The notes beneath the pieces are model-generated. The model saw only the letters and a program-made list of their open reading frames with translations, did no database searches and was not told the DNA's origin. From NCBI RefSeq assembly GCF_036321535.1, contig NC_087436.1, positions 66,776,001 to 66,840,000 on the forward strand: a stretch of DNA of 64,000 nt, given 5' to 3'. Source of the stretch: Camelus dromedarius. Taxonomy: Eukaryota. A program made the translations under genes and the position numbers. This document shows positions 40,966-55,353 of the stretch, in pieces (within the stretch, counting starts at the first letter, position 1; every line of letters begins with the position of its first letter).

Positions 40966-43900
40966 TGTATGTGCATGCATGTGTGTTTGAGATGACAACT
41001 TCTAAGAATTTATAACTGCTTGTACCTTTGTTGAAGACAACATGATCTTTCTCCTAATTGGACTACCTTTTCTAAATCTCCCATGCCTTTAGTGATTTCT
41101 CTAAGAACGGCCATATTTAAAAACCACAAATAAAAATATATGTGCCCAATGCCCGCTTCGACTACTTATCAAAATGTAAATTAGTTGGAAAAGTGTAATA
41201 AAACAATATTAAGTTTTAATTTTAGGAAAGACTTGAATTTATTCTTATAGGCTAGCCATGATCCAAATTTAGTGGCTTTAATAAAAATTCTATATAGATA
41301 ATTAGTTCTTTGTTGCTTATGTAGACTGAAACATATATTATCAAAATTAATGACTATAATCTCTTGCTAGAGATGATACCTTTGTCTTTGGGCAGGGACA
41401 TGGAGAGAATATGTCTGTAGGACATATATACAACTATGGGAGTTCCAGAGTTTTGGTAAACGTAGAACACCCTTTAGTTTTCCCTTGTTGCCTACTCTAA
41501 TCATTGCTCAGCCAACGGAGAGGAAGTTCTGGATGATGATACTTTGATGATGCAATATAAATGAAAGTTGTAAATGTAAGCAAGCTGTAATACATTCTTA
41601 ACTTAAAATCAATTTTAAAGCAAATAAATGGTAAATGTTTAAATCAATCCATGAGAAGTAGCATGAAGGTAAAATAAAATAGAAAGACATGTGATCAAAA
41701 TTATGTAGCCAGTGTGTCTGAGACAGACATTATATCGTCATCTATCGTCATATTACGAGCAAGCATTGGGAATATTGTGTCTATTCAAGTTTTCCTTATA
41801 AATGTATTTTCACTTATTTGTTGTAGCAGGAAACATCTTTTATTAATACTAGCAAAACTTCCACACTTTCAAAAGTCAGAATCATCTACATATATTCTGA
41901 TTTTACATTATCGTAACATCTCTGCTTCTTTATATAATTTTAGACCACCTTTTGAAAAATTTCTACCCCAGGGTAAAAAGCAAAAAATGATAGATCTCAT
42001 ATTTTATTTATATGGTAGTGTGCTTAGTGGGGGCAGGGACAACTCCTTAATTGTATGGTCTCCTTCAGAGTGTTGACTGAAATGGACTGAACTGATATGG
42101 AAGCAATTAATCACCAAAGGAATGGTTAAAAATGTTTATATATAAAAGAGCTATCTGTTGAGCTCAGTTCATCCTGGGAAATTTTTTAAAGACTGTGTCT
42201 TTTTAAAATCCAAGTTATTTAAAAATTGGATTCCAATCATGCATTGGTACCATATGTTGGACAGTGATTTCCTCATGGTTGGTCACTTTGTGCCATTTCT
42301 GTTTTTATAATTAGGTGGGGAAACCATAAACATATTTAGAGCTCTTCCCAAAAGTTCAGTTTTAGCTAATGTTACTATTATTATTATTAAAAATATGATC
42401 CATGGAAAGTAATTTTTCTACAGCTGCCTCATATTAAGCCAAAGTTTAGACAGAATTTTACCTGTGTGTACATATATATGTGTGTATGTGTGTGGGTTTA
42501 AAGAAATGTAGTTGGAGATAAGCCCTTATTTTATTATATTTTAATATATGTATATATAAATATATATATACACATACCTATTTCTATATATATGTATACG
42601 TATACATATAGAGAAAGTCATGTGCATCTTTTACAGCTAGTTTAATGAATCTACATATAATGATTACTCTGCCACATTTGCTTTAGAGTACCTATCAATC
42701 ATTTGAAGACAAGAAAATAGGTAACTAGAATTCCTAAGGTAAATGAGAAATGTAGTTACTGATTTAAATTATAAACATATCTGAAATTGTCAAAGTGGAA
42801 AAGTGGGGCAGATATTTTAAAATATAGGCATGTCTATTGAATAGTATATCATATTTTATATTTCATATATATAGTATATAAATTATACATATATATACTT
42901 ATTCTATACTTAATATGTATTTATCACTAGGTTTTCACTTGATATCATCAGACCAAGAGAAATAACTACAGTGCATTCCTGCCACACCTGTTATCCATGG
43001 TCTCTTCTAAAAGAAAAAGGCATTTTTAGAGGTTTCTTTCTCATATAAACACTCAATCTGCTCATTCAGACAAAACCTACAATCACTCCATCTTAAAAGC
43101 CTGCAACTGGATGTTTTGATATATGATCTCAGTGAAGTTTCGAAAAGACCATTTCAAAAAAACATGGCTTTAAATGTCAGTACCTCTAGAGAGATGATAT
43201 TCTCTTTAATAAAAAGAACCTATGAACTGAAATGTCCCATTATGTACAGTTTGTTTTTTTCAAAGACTTGAAAGTCATAGAGATATTGAAAATTAATTGT
43301 TTTCAGTAGGAAATAAAAGAAACTTAATTGCAATGAAGTAATTTTTGATGTGATTAGACTTAATGGTATTAATCATATGCTTCAAATATTGTCTTGAAGT
43401 CATATTGACAATGATGCTAATTAGAAAGGAAAAATGGCAATAATAAAAATAGAAAACTATATCACCGGCATTTATAGTCAACGTTTTTCTGAAATAATCA
43501 TGCAAACTATAAAACAAGTATTAAATGTAACAATGTGTAAAATGACACGTGCCTCTTTCTGGACTAACCTCATACCAAATAAACTACCACAGAATTTTTT
43601 TCCATTTATACTTCTTATTACCTATAACAGAATTTTTGGTACACAAAGTGGCCTTACTATCAATGACTATTTAACCTTAATCACAGTATCCCTCCTATGA
43701 GAAATAGAATTTAAACAATTTTTACAGTATCCTTTTAGAATCAAATGAAGTTTTATATAGGAAATAACATGGCACAGTTGGAAAACTTTAATCAACACAA
43801 TATTCTTCATATACATTATATCCAAGGGAATATAGTCCCATATATAATTTTCAATATTATTTATCAATATTAAACCTCAATTCTAGGGTATGGCAATTAA

Positions 43901-45109
43901 TTTTATAGGTGGATAAATAGTAATTAGGTCAATAAACACACTCTCATAACTCATGAATCTCATAACTCATGATTCTCATAAGAAGAAATTAATCTCTTAC
44001 AAATCCACATTACGTAAAGTCTTGTTAACCACAAATAAGCCACTAACAATAATAAAGCCATTAAGTGGAAATTTTAATTCAGTTCTTAATTACTTCAAGA
44101 TTTTCACAATATAAACTAATCTGATCCAGCATTTTAAAAAGCAAAATAAACACATTATAAATATAAACAACCTTTTTTCCCCTTTCGTACTTCCTAGTAA
44201 TCTTATATAGCTATATAGCTATATAAGCAATAGGAATTTTTTAATTCAACAAAAATCATGTTAATAAGTTATTTATCTATTGACTCTTCAAAGAACCAGA
44301 TTAGATTTCTATTATACCATTAAAGTTAAATGTCATCATATATCCATTCCCTAAATATACTCTCTCTCAGGTCACCTGACAAGATTCTTTTAAAATATGA
44401 AGTTGTGCCAGTAGAAACAAGAAATTAAACTTTATGGCTACAAAACAACTAAGGAGACCTGAGTAGTACTTACCAGCTGATCTCATAAACACCCGAATTA
44501 CAATATTTTTAAATAGTAGGATCCCAGCAGCAACATGACAAGCAGTAACTGGAGAAAATACAAGATTGCTGATTACATCTAGTCAATCTTCTAAAGCCCA
44601 GAAGGAAGCCAAGTCAAGATATTCTGTTCCAAATTAGTAATGTTATCAGATATTTAATTCTTCACCTTTTACCATGGGACGGATTTTAGTAAATCCAACT
44701 TTAGCGAATCCAGTTCTCCAGTGATGGGAAATCTCAGCCAATGCCCAAGTTGCATGTGAGGCCATTTTTTTCTTAGAGTGATCACACAGAGAAATTTCTA
44801 AAGCTAACAAAATATAGCACTATGTATCTGTCATCAGAAGTTCAAATTGGATGAGGTTTGTATATTTTGTTCCTCTGGAGCAGTAGTCTGTCTTCACATT
44901 TGCCAGAAAAGAAAAATAAAAGTACAAAATTCTAACTATATAATGCGCAAGATGATGCATTTTGTAAAATTTCAGTTATTACTCAGGAAAAACTAAGTTC
45001 AAATTTTTACTTTGAGAAATGTTTAACAAATGTTGGCTTAAAGCAAGAAGACAAATACATCCATGGACGAATAGATGGATAAAGGAGCTACTGTAATTAC
45101 CCGACAATA

Positions 45110-45290
45110 CACTGCATTTATAGTAAACACTATGTGCTAGATACTTTGTAGTCTAAGTACTTTATACACATTAACTCATTAAATATTTCTAACATCCCTA
45201 GAAAGTCTCGACAATTATCCTCTTCTGAAGCACAGAAAAGTTAAGGTACTCGTCCAATCAACCCACCAGGGATTGGTATACCTAACCAGT
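45110..45290 (-). mobile_element. MIR SINE
   Basis: 'cactatgtgctag...cattaactcattaaat...gaagcacagaaaagttaagg'. Confidence 0.6.
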
Positions 45291-47634
45291 CTTGTATTAT
45301 TAAGTTTGTATTATTATTAAGCATTACATACTAGAATAATAAAAGAATCCCTCAATAAGAGAGATGTTACACTTGAACATCAGATTATGTTTACGATTAC
45401 TCAGATTACCTAATTTTTCCTTTACATAAAAGATAAGGCAACTCTTTACTGTCATATATACTGTATACATTCTGTGATGCATAATTGTGTCTACTCTGAG
45501 TTGTATTACTTAAAGCAATGGTTTTACAACCATTTAATCTACCATAACACACCTAAAACATAGTATTCAAAAGTATGAGAGCTCCCGACATATACTCCTG
45601 TACTGATGAAACCTCAAAATGGTCTTCTGGAAATAAAGCCTAAAGATAAATCACACTTTTCACAACCATTTAGTGTACAAGTAGTGACTGCTCTCCATGT
45701 GCTGCACCATAGATAAGATGAACTACAGATTTCGAACAATTCTGTGCATGGTAGATGCAACTCGGTCTTCTCTACCACTCAGATATGCATATGTAAATTA
45801 TTTGAGGCAAATATACAGATAGCCATGAATATCTTCTATTTACGTAGATTGAAAAACACAAATTTCACAAACTGTGATACTTTATAGTTAATAAATAATA
45901 ACCTGCAAGGCGCTTTGGACAATAGAACGTGCAGCATCTGCATGCAGAGATGTGAAGGACTCCTGTAAATCTCCCCTTCAGTTGTCCCCTCACATCCCTT
46001 TCCCTAAAACTCAAACCCTCTCTCTATATCTCAAAACTTTTCAAGAGGCTCCCAGAGCAATAGAAGAGTGGTATCAGAAACCCTCTTCATCCCTTCCCTC
46101 ATTTCCTCCTTTCCTAGTATCATTGAAAAACTACTATGTCAGAGACTAGTGACTTAGCTGTGGCATAAAACAACTCCACATGTCCTGCAAGTGATCATGA
46201 AACTGAAACTATTAAAAATATATTGTTTGGGAAAATATTAGATACCACAGATACAGAACGTTAGACCATTTCTCTCAGACTCTATTTACATGCCTCCAGC
46301 CTATGTAACTGTTGAGTATAGGGAGTGGCCTCTTTTATTTTGGTATTCTCTGTAACTAGACAAAGAACCAACAAAAATGAGCCAATCAATCAAGAAGCCA
46401 ACAAAATTGGAAACTGCTACAAGATTATTTCTGACAAGAAGTGAAGATGCAATATCATCATGAAAAGCATAATGGAATCTTGGTTTTTCAAATCTATGAG
46501 TAAAAACTGACAAATGCCATTTTACTATATGGGAGTTTTTATTTAAAAGTCATAAGGGAGTAAACTTGAAAAGAGACTTCATGACAATATATTACAAATT
46601 TGACTCTCTCATAAAAATGAAACGAGAATAACCAATTCTTGTGAATACAAGGAGAAATTGGGGCAGGTGAAAATTACTAAGTATTGTGATAAATATAATT
46701 TTAATGCACTTTTCAAAGACATGGTTTTACCTAATTGACCATTATAACATCATGTTTATAAATGCAGAAAATTATCAGAGATATAGAAGTAAAACATGTC
46801 AGAGCAATTTGTGATCCAACAAAACCATTCAAAAGTACAGGAAGCAAGGTTTATTTGTACCTCTTTATAATGAATGGCTATAGTTAATTAGTGGAAGCAA
46901 AGTCTGGATATTTTGCATACCCTAGTGGAGAATGATCTTAACTATCCCCAGTTTGCTGTGTTGAGTACTTGTATCAAATAAACTCTTCATCATTTTCTTT
47001 TATTCATTTGCCATTAGTCCATTATTTATTACTTCCTACAACTGCTGTTGTACCTGCCTGGAACAGATCATATCTTATTTTTTGAGAAAGTAGGTAAAAA
47101 TACTAAATAAATTCATGAACTTATATATGAGAAATATATTTATAATGTATAAATACATATGTAAATATATTTAGTGCCTCTATGTTTTAAGTACAAATAG
47201 CTCATAAGTAATGGAGTTAGAATTTAAACCCAGAAATAGTTGAGTCTAAAGATATGTCATCAGCTGCTTCTACATATAATGAAGTGTTTAGTAAAATTAA
47301 TTTTAATGTGTTTACTAAAATTAATTTTAATTAATTTTAGTAAAATTAATTTTAATAATGTCTATATATATATACACATATCTGTATATAATGATTTTTA
47401 CCTTCTGATTTCAAAGCATCATATAAAATTAATTAAGTATTTAACCTAGAGCAAAACAAAGAAATATTAGGTAAAATTTGTGACTGAAATAGTTTCTCCT
47501 TTGTTCACTAAAAAACTCCATGGTATTATTTATTTTAAACATTGATTTCTATATTCGGGGGACTTTAAAAATGTCTTTAATAATATAAATACACCCCTCA
47601 ATCTGTAAAAATAAAATTCAAACGCTTAAAAAGC

Positions 47635-48107
47635 TTAACATACTTCCATTTGTTTATTTTTGCTTTTGTTACTTTTGGTGGAAGAGATAGATCCAAGAAA
47701 ATATTGCTGAGATCAATGTCCAAGAGTACACTGCTTATGTTTTCTTCTATGAGTTTTATGGTTTCAGTTCTTACATTTAAGACTTTAATCCATTTTGAGT
47801 TTATTTTTCCGTATTATGTGAGAAAGTGATTTAGTTTCATTCTTTTGCATGTAGCTGTCCAGTCTTCCCAACATCATTTATTGAAGAGACTACCTTTTAT
47901 CCATTGCATATTCTTGCCTCCTTTGTTGTAGATTAATTGAACATATAAGGATGAGTTTATTTGTAGGCTCTCTATTCTGTTACGTTGATTATGTGTTTGC
48001 CTGTATATCAGTACCATACTGTTTTGATTACTGTAGCTTTGTAGTATAGTTTAAAACCAGCTTTGTTCTTTCTCAAGATTGTTTTGGCTATGAAGGGTTT
48101 TTTGGTG
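47635..48107 (-). mobile_element. L1 ORF2 fragment (inverted segment)
   Basis: 'ccatttgtttatttttgcttttg...ctttaatccattttgagtttatttt...gtaccatactgttttgattactgtagctttgtag' is antisense L1 ORF2. Confidence 0.88.
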
Positions 48108-48510
48108 GCCAACAGGCATATGAAAAAATGTTCAACATCATGAATCAGGAAAATGCAAATTAAAGCCACAATGAGATTTCACCTCATATCTGTCAGAATG
48201 GCTATTATCAAAAAGATAAGAAATAGGTGTTGGTGAGGATATGGAGAAAAGGGAACCCTCATGCACTCTGGATAGGGGTGTAAACTGGTAGAATCAGTAT
48301 AGAAAACAGTATGAAGTTTCCTCAAAAAATTAAAAGTAGAACTACCACATGATCCAGGAATTCTTCTACTGGGTATTTACCTGAAGAGAATGAAAACACT
48401 AATTAAAAAAGATATATGAACTCCAATGTTCACTACAGCATTATTTATAATAGCCAAGATATAGAAATAATGAAATTGCACATCAATAAATCAATGGATA
48501 AAGACACTGT
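48108..48510 (+). mobile_element. L1 ORF2 C-terminal fragment (sense segment), followed by (TA)n at 48512-48550
   Basis: 'gccaacaggcatatgaaaaaatgttcaacatc...aaatgcaaattaaagccacaatgaga...gaactaccacatgatccagg'. Confidence 0.88.
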
Positions 48511-49192
48511 GATATATATATATATATATATATATATGTGTATATATATATCTCACAATCACAAAATTGTACCCCTGCATAATGTTGCAACCCCTCTCAC
48601 TAAGTGCAAACTTGACTACTTTTTATATGACCACAAAGTACTCAATCCAGGACATGCTCTCCAGGAAGAATCTATGTGATTTTCCCAACTTGTTTCAGAA
48701 AATGCTCCAACTAAACATAATGTTTTGTTAAGACACAGTGATTAAAATAAAGCATATAAGTAAGATAACACAAAAAATATAGATTCCTATATTTTCTCCA
48801 TTGCCCTCCTTGTGTGCAAACTGTGGTATATGCAGGGAAAGGAATTTACCATTAACAACCAATATTACATATAATAACCACATAAAAGATAGAGGAAATC
48901 ACTTGCAATATCTAAATTGTGACTGACATTTGATCATAAACTAAGTGTACACTCCGGGTCAAATTCATGAATGTTTTATTACCACACATTAAAACACACT
49001 TACTGTCACTGACTATTTAAGATATGTATAATAGGTGTTTGGAATTAGTACACAATTTGTATCTACTCTTACAGCTTTCTTGGCACAGAATGGAAGCAGA
49101 TGCATTGATGAGACTATATTGATATGGGCTAGGGATAATATTTGCAGCATTGAGATGAAGAAGTATCCTTAAAGGAATAATAAACAGTCATA

Positions 49193-49362
49193 ATAACAAG
49201 TTTCCTCTGTATATCACAGGGAACTATATTCAATATCTTGTAATAACCTATAAGGAAAAAGAATATGAAAACAAATATACGTGTGTATTTGTATGACTAA
49301 AACATTATGCTGTACGCCAGAAATTCATGCAACTTTGTAAACTGACTATACCTCAATTTAAA
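49193..49362 (+). mobile_element. Short 5'-truncated L1 3' end
   Basis: Closely similar to 54845-55010; ends ctcaatttaaaaaa; TSD aaa[c/t]agtcata at about 49182-49192 and 49363-49373. Confidence 0.85.
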
Positions 49363-52300
49363 AAATAGTCATAGTAGCGTTTATGTGGTCTTTTCATTTT
49401 CAAAAGATTATTTTTTAAAGTTTCATAGAAGAAACTAAGAAATCAAAATATTACAGAACTTGATGCTGACTCACAGCACCATAAGGAGAGATCTAGAGTG
49501 TCTAATTAGACTGACGTATTCTAAAAATACTCTCAAGGAATTAAAGGTTTATAAACAAATAATTTATCGAGATGTGGGCTGATGTGCTACTTGTTCCCTG
49601 AAAAGTTCTTGTGGTTGCTGGAAACCTCAGATCTGGGTATAAGAAGAGCTTCTGTTTTAACTCAGCCACTATCTTTTTACCATTAGGGGCAAATCACGGA
49701 GCCTTTTTGTGTGTAAAATTAGGGTGCTAGAGAAAACTATTTCTATTATTACCTCTGATACTTAAAAAATATTCTATAAGCACAGAAATGAAGTACCATA
49801 AGGAAAAAAGTCCATCCTGAGTTGAGCAGAGAAGCCCTGACATGGTCAATTGCTTGAGCATCAGTCCAATTAAATGCCTGCATTAATAAAAACTACCTAT
49901 TCTGTAAAACTTTAAATATGATTCCTTTTCAATTTTGTGATTCTAAAAATTCATTATAAAGTTATAATTGAATTAAAACCTTTCCCTTTCCTGATGGTAG
50001 ACATTATTAAATTATCAATGGACAAAGATAACAAGATTTACTGATGAAACAACTAGATATAAGATCAAGTTATGTTTGGTGAGGTAAAATAAGGTGTTTT
50101 AGGTGAGAATGGCTTAACTCAACTGTTATTTATAGGAGGTGGGTTATTTTGGGCAGTTTCATCTTTTGAGACAGAATTGTTCTGATGAAGTAGAATATGG
50201 AAATTCTAAACCTCTATATAAATAACTTTAGCTAAATGATCTGTGTTCTTCAGACAGCATTTAATTGCTTTGGAAAAATGTTTCTGTTTTCTGACCAACT
50301 ACTTCAAGGTCTATTAAAGTTGTGTTACAAACAAGCACCAAAAGGTATAATTAATCATTAGTGATACACAGCTCCTTGGGGTCTCTTTCATGTTACATCT
50401 TGATCCTTTCCCTCATATGTTAAAACTCCTCTTTACTTAGAGGATCCAATGATTATATCTCATGATTAAATCATCGTCAGATAAGATAATGGAGGTACTG
50501 ATGGAACAATCCAAAGAGGCTGATGGAACAAAGACAATCTGGCATTACATGTGTATTAAAAGTTGACTAATTTGAGACAACTTTTTTTCACTTCTAAATA
50601 TGGACATAACTCAATGAGAAATTCTTAGATTCAGATGCACAGTACATATTTTGAAATGTATATATTTTAAGCAGCAAAATCAGCATGAGATTATACTAAT
50701 ACAAGAATTACTACAACCATAATTACCTGGCTATTTAGACATGAAAATATCTATCCATAACTAGCTTGCACCTACTGGGACTTGGAAAGTTTAATGACTT
50801 TGTAATCAATTACATAATGCCAAAGGTTGTTTTTCCCCATAATTTAGTACTCATTTCTTTTCTTTTTATCTGCTTATGAATAAATGGTACCAGGCTTTTG
50901 ATCTGTATATTTCCATCACAATAACATGGTAGGGGAGGAAAGGAATCTCTTTTTTACAGTGTTCACTGCCAGGAATTTATGAATGATGTGCTAATTTCTG
51001 TCAGAGTGCCTAAATATAGTGAGAGGGGCATTTCATGGATATGTAAATAAGATAAAAACATAGTATGCAGTATTTTATAATAATAAAAACTAAATACTAC
51101 TACTGCCATAATTAATTTTACTTTCACTTTCCCTCTTCACCCAGGCATTATAAAGGCATTTTTTTCAAACTTATCCCACAATCTCAGCACACAATACTGT
51201 TGCAAAGGAGGCAAGCAGAGCTGTCATACTGGGCTTAGAAGTCCTCAAAAAGAACCTCCGGCTTGCTTCCAATCAGAGCCTGTTTCTTATTATACTCAGG
51301 GGCCATCCTTCTTAACAAGTTAGGGAAAAACCTTTCCAAGTGAGCCTTAAGAATGTCTATCATCAAACATTAAGATTAGGTATTTGTTCTTTCAATCAAA
51401 AGATACATCAAATTTTGGATAATCCATAAATAATAATGGAAGTCCTTTCACTTTTATTAAAGATTAAAATAAAATTGATAATATTTTATTAGAAGAACCA
51501 AGAAAGAATACAATTTTTTGAAATCCATAGTAATTAGGGACTGGCCCAAATTTCTGATATAGAAGCAAAATTACCAATCCCACTAACTACAAAATCATTC
51601 ATAGTATTTCAAACTGGTTGTTTTCAATTATAAAATTTGATTTCATCTTGAATTCTAGAGTGAATCTGGAATCCAGCTCAAATTCTTACAAAATGTAGTA
51701 AAGTCAGAAATCCAACCAGTGCCTCAGTACACTCATTTGTAAAATTGGGATTGTCGGTCTCTCATCTGACTCACAAAGTCACAGGGAGTGGATGCCATGT
51801 TCAGTACAATACGAAAATCATAAAATCTCAATATCAAAAAAAAATCATGAATTTACAGAGTTAAAATATAAGCATCCATTTCCTTTTTTCCCTTCTGTGA
51901 TGTCTTATCAAATCTCGAAGGCTTTACATGGAGTCTTTTAAAAATGTGTCAGAAATGAAGTTCTCTGGTTTCAGAATTGAATTGTTAAAAAAAAATCTTA
52001 GTAGGATCATTCTTTCATTTAATTAAATACTTGCAGAGAGACTACCATGAGGCAGGCACTAGTTTAATTGCCAGGAAAACCATAATGAACAATATAAGCA
52101 AGTCCATTCTTTTTTGAAGCTGACATTAAAAATGCTATCAATTTATCTCTAAACCTATTTATTTAATGAACAAGAGGCCACGAAGAATAATCATCCCAAT
52201 ACATCAGAATGTTCCACTGAACTCAGGTTATTGCAAAAGTCTGACATTCATCTTTTTAATTTATTTTTCCCTATGTGAATTCCCTGAATCAATTAAATTA

Positions 52301-54092
52301 ATCTGTCTAATCAAGCCCATTTACTGCCTGGAATTATATAGATAAACATGAATAGTAATGTAAATGTAAATGTGAATATATATATACACATATTGCATAC
52401 ATTCATATTTCCATCTTGTTTGGAATGCCCTCCCAAATCTGTCTCCTAAAACATGAGCTGAAGGCTACAGAAACAGAAAGAAGCCAGTGAATAACCACGT
52501 GGAGTTGAGGAGCATTATGAGAGGATTTAAGTAAATACATGGGCTAAATCTTGAAATGGAAAAATTTCTATTGGCCAAAAACAGCAGGGACCATTTGGAC
52601 TGAAGGAATGTAAGTATAAAAACTAAGAGTTAAGAAAAAGTTCTATCATTCATAGTGATGTTTGATGTTATAAAGGATACGTGTGGCGGGTGAGAGCTGA
52701 AAAAGAAATTGGAATAATTGAAAACCAGATTAATGCTGTATCACTGATTTTATAATTAGGATAGTTTGTATTATTGTGGTTATTATTATTAATATTTTAT
52801 CTTAAGTATAAATTAAGTGCTTTTAAATAGATTTTGAGCTCTTCAAGACAGTGACCAGTCTTCTATAACTTCTCACCCCCAATCTCAATGCAAGCAATTG
52901 TACACAAGAATCACTCCATAAACGTTTGTGATTGCTATTGCTAACACTGCTATGGTGGGTGCTGGTGCTGTTGGTGCTGGCAGTGCATGGTAAATGTGAC
53001 AGTGTTTAATATTAATGAGAAAAGCTATAGGAATCACAGAAATAGAGATCATAATGGGCTGGTGGAGATTAGATTTTAGCTGGGACTTGAATGATAGGCT
53101 ATGAATAGGTAGAAAATAAGAAAAAAGGAAATTTTACCAAAGAAAATGTCCAAAGGCTCAAATGTGCAAAAGAGCAAAGGCACTTTGTCCTATGGGGACA
53201 CTAAAGAGACTGTTCTCTTTGGATTAAAGTGTTTTCACTAACAAGTGTTTGGGTAGTAAACTTAAATAGTTAGGCTAGGACTAAAGTACTAAGGACTTTG
53301 TAAGTCACACTGATATTCCATTGTACTGCAGGCAAGAAGACACACACACGCACATACACACTCATGCACACAGTCTATTTATTTACATATATAAAGGAGG
53401 CACAGGAAATACCATCAGGAAAGTGACATAGTAGGACAATGTCTCTGCCAAAGTGTGTAGAAGGCCCGGGATGGGGAGAAGACAGGGGGAGCATATGAGA
53501 TGCTAGGAAATCATAAAATCATGGATTTTCAAAGGAAAAAAGGAAAGCAAAAATGAGTGAATGATTCTTTTTCCGTTTCCTAAATAACTTGTTTTCTTTT
53601 TCCAAGAGAACTATAATGCTGTAACTGCTTAAAGTCAAACCTGGTAACTACTGCCTCGTGATATCCCTCAAATGATGTCAGGAAAGTGAATACCTATCTT
53701 GTTGAAAATCTCAAGGATATCATGCCCCCTATACGGACATATTACATTGATTACAAACTAAATTAGTTAAAAATTAAATTAATCACAAATGTCTACTGAT
53801 TCATTTCTAATAATTAAAAAAAAAATTCTTTCCTCATATCTATTTCAATGCTACCATGGATTAGGGTCTTGCCACCTTAGTGCACAATTTCACCAGCCTC
53901 CAAATGGCAAAGTGCTGCCACCACCTGAAAAGTACAAGCCCCTTAATCTGCACACAAAGATCTCGGCCCTTCCCCAGCCTGTGCTTCTACCATCATGCTC
54001 TTTCGCTATCCTATCAGATGCATTTCATGCCAGCCATCCACATTCTCCTGTGCAACACTGACTGGGAGCAACATTTAAAAAGTCTGGAGGTC

Positions 54093-55015
54093 TAACCTAA
54101 ACAAGCAATTCTCCAATGAAGACACACAAATAGCACATGAAAAAATGCTCAATATTGCTAATCATCCGAGAAATGCAAATCAAAACTACAATGAGGCATC
54201 ACCTCACATCAGTCAGAATGGCCATCATTTAAAAGTCCACAGGCAATAAATGCTGGAGAGGCTGAAGAGAAAAGGGAATCCTCTTACACTGTTGGTAGGA
54301 AAGTAGTTTGGTGCAGCCTGTTATGGAAAATCGTATGGAGACTCCTCTAAAAACTAAAAATAGACTTACCATATGATTCAACAATCCCACTCCTGGACAT
54401 GTATCTGGAGGGAACTCTAATTCAAAAAGATATATGCACCTCAATGTTCATAGCAGCACTACGTACAATAGCCAAGACATGGAAGCAACCTAAATGTCCA
54501 TTGACAGATGACTGGATAAAGAAGCTGTGGTATATTTATACAATAGAATACTACTCAGCCATAAAAAAGAATAGAATAATGCCATTTGCAGCAACATGAA
54601 TGGACCTGGGGATTATAATTCTAACTGAAGTACACCAGAAAGAGAAAGAAAAATACTGTATGATATTACTTACATATGGAATCTAAAAAAAAAAAAAGAC
54701 ACAAATGAACTTACTTACAAAACAGAAACAGACTCACAGACACAGAAAACAAACTTATGGTTACCGGGGGGAAAAGGGGTGAGAAGGGATAAATTGAGAG
54801 TTCAAGATTTGCAGATACTAACTACTATATAAAAAACAGATAAACAACAAGTTTCTACTGTATAGTCTAAAGAACTATATTCAATATCTTGTAGTAACCT
54901 ATAGTGAAAAAGAATATGAAAAGGAATATATGTATGTGTATGTATGACTGAAACATTATGCTGTACACCAAACATTGACATAACATTGGAAACTGACTAT
55001 ACTTCAATTAAAAAA
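54093..55015 (+). mobile_element. 5'-truncated L1 (ORF2 C-terminus plus 3'UTR)
   Basis: ORF 54399-54599 gives the L1 ORF2 peptide CTSMFIAAL.TIAKTWKQPKCP..DDWIKKLWYIYTIEYYSAIKKN; poly(A) tail; TSD-like aaa[a/g]gtctggagg[t/c]c on both sides. Confidence 0.92.
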
Positions 55016-55353
55016 AAAGGTCTGGAGGCCAATGGCAGAGATGTATTCCACAGAGATATCAAGCAAGCAAGCAGGATGGGAACTGAAAACTAATTTTTGG
55101 AGTTAGCTACAAGATGGCTAGCAGTTTTACCAAAAAGAAAAAATAAATCAAAAACAAGAATAGCAGCAAAATGAGTAAAGAATAAAAAGGAAGAAAATTA
55201 AAGGCAAGTTATAACTACAAGAGTTTATATAATAACATGTAATTATGAAAACAGTGAAACTCAAAATTCTAGTTGAGGAGGAAAAGGGAAATAAAAGAGA
55301 AGAGTTGAGAAGGCTTCTATCTAAATATGGCTATAACAGCTAATATTCATATA

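Noticed and set aside
41148..41190. Faint resemblance to the U6 snRNA 5' end (tgcccgcttcg)
   Set aside because: Only about 10 nt match and the downstream sequence diverges.
41714..42076. 120-aa ORF
   Set aside because: Non-ATG start, AT-biased composition and no domain.
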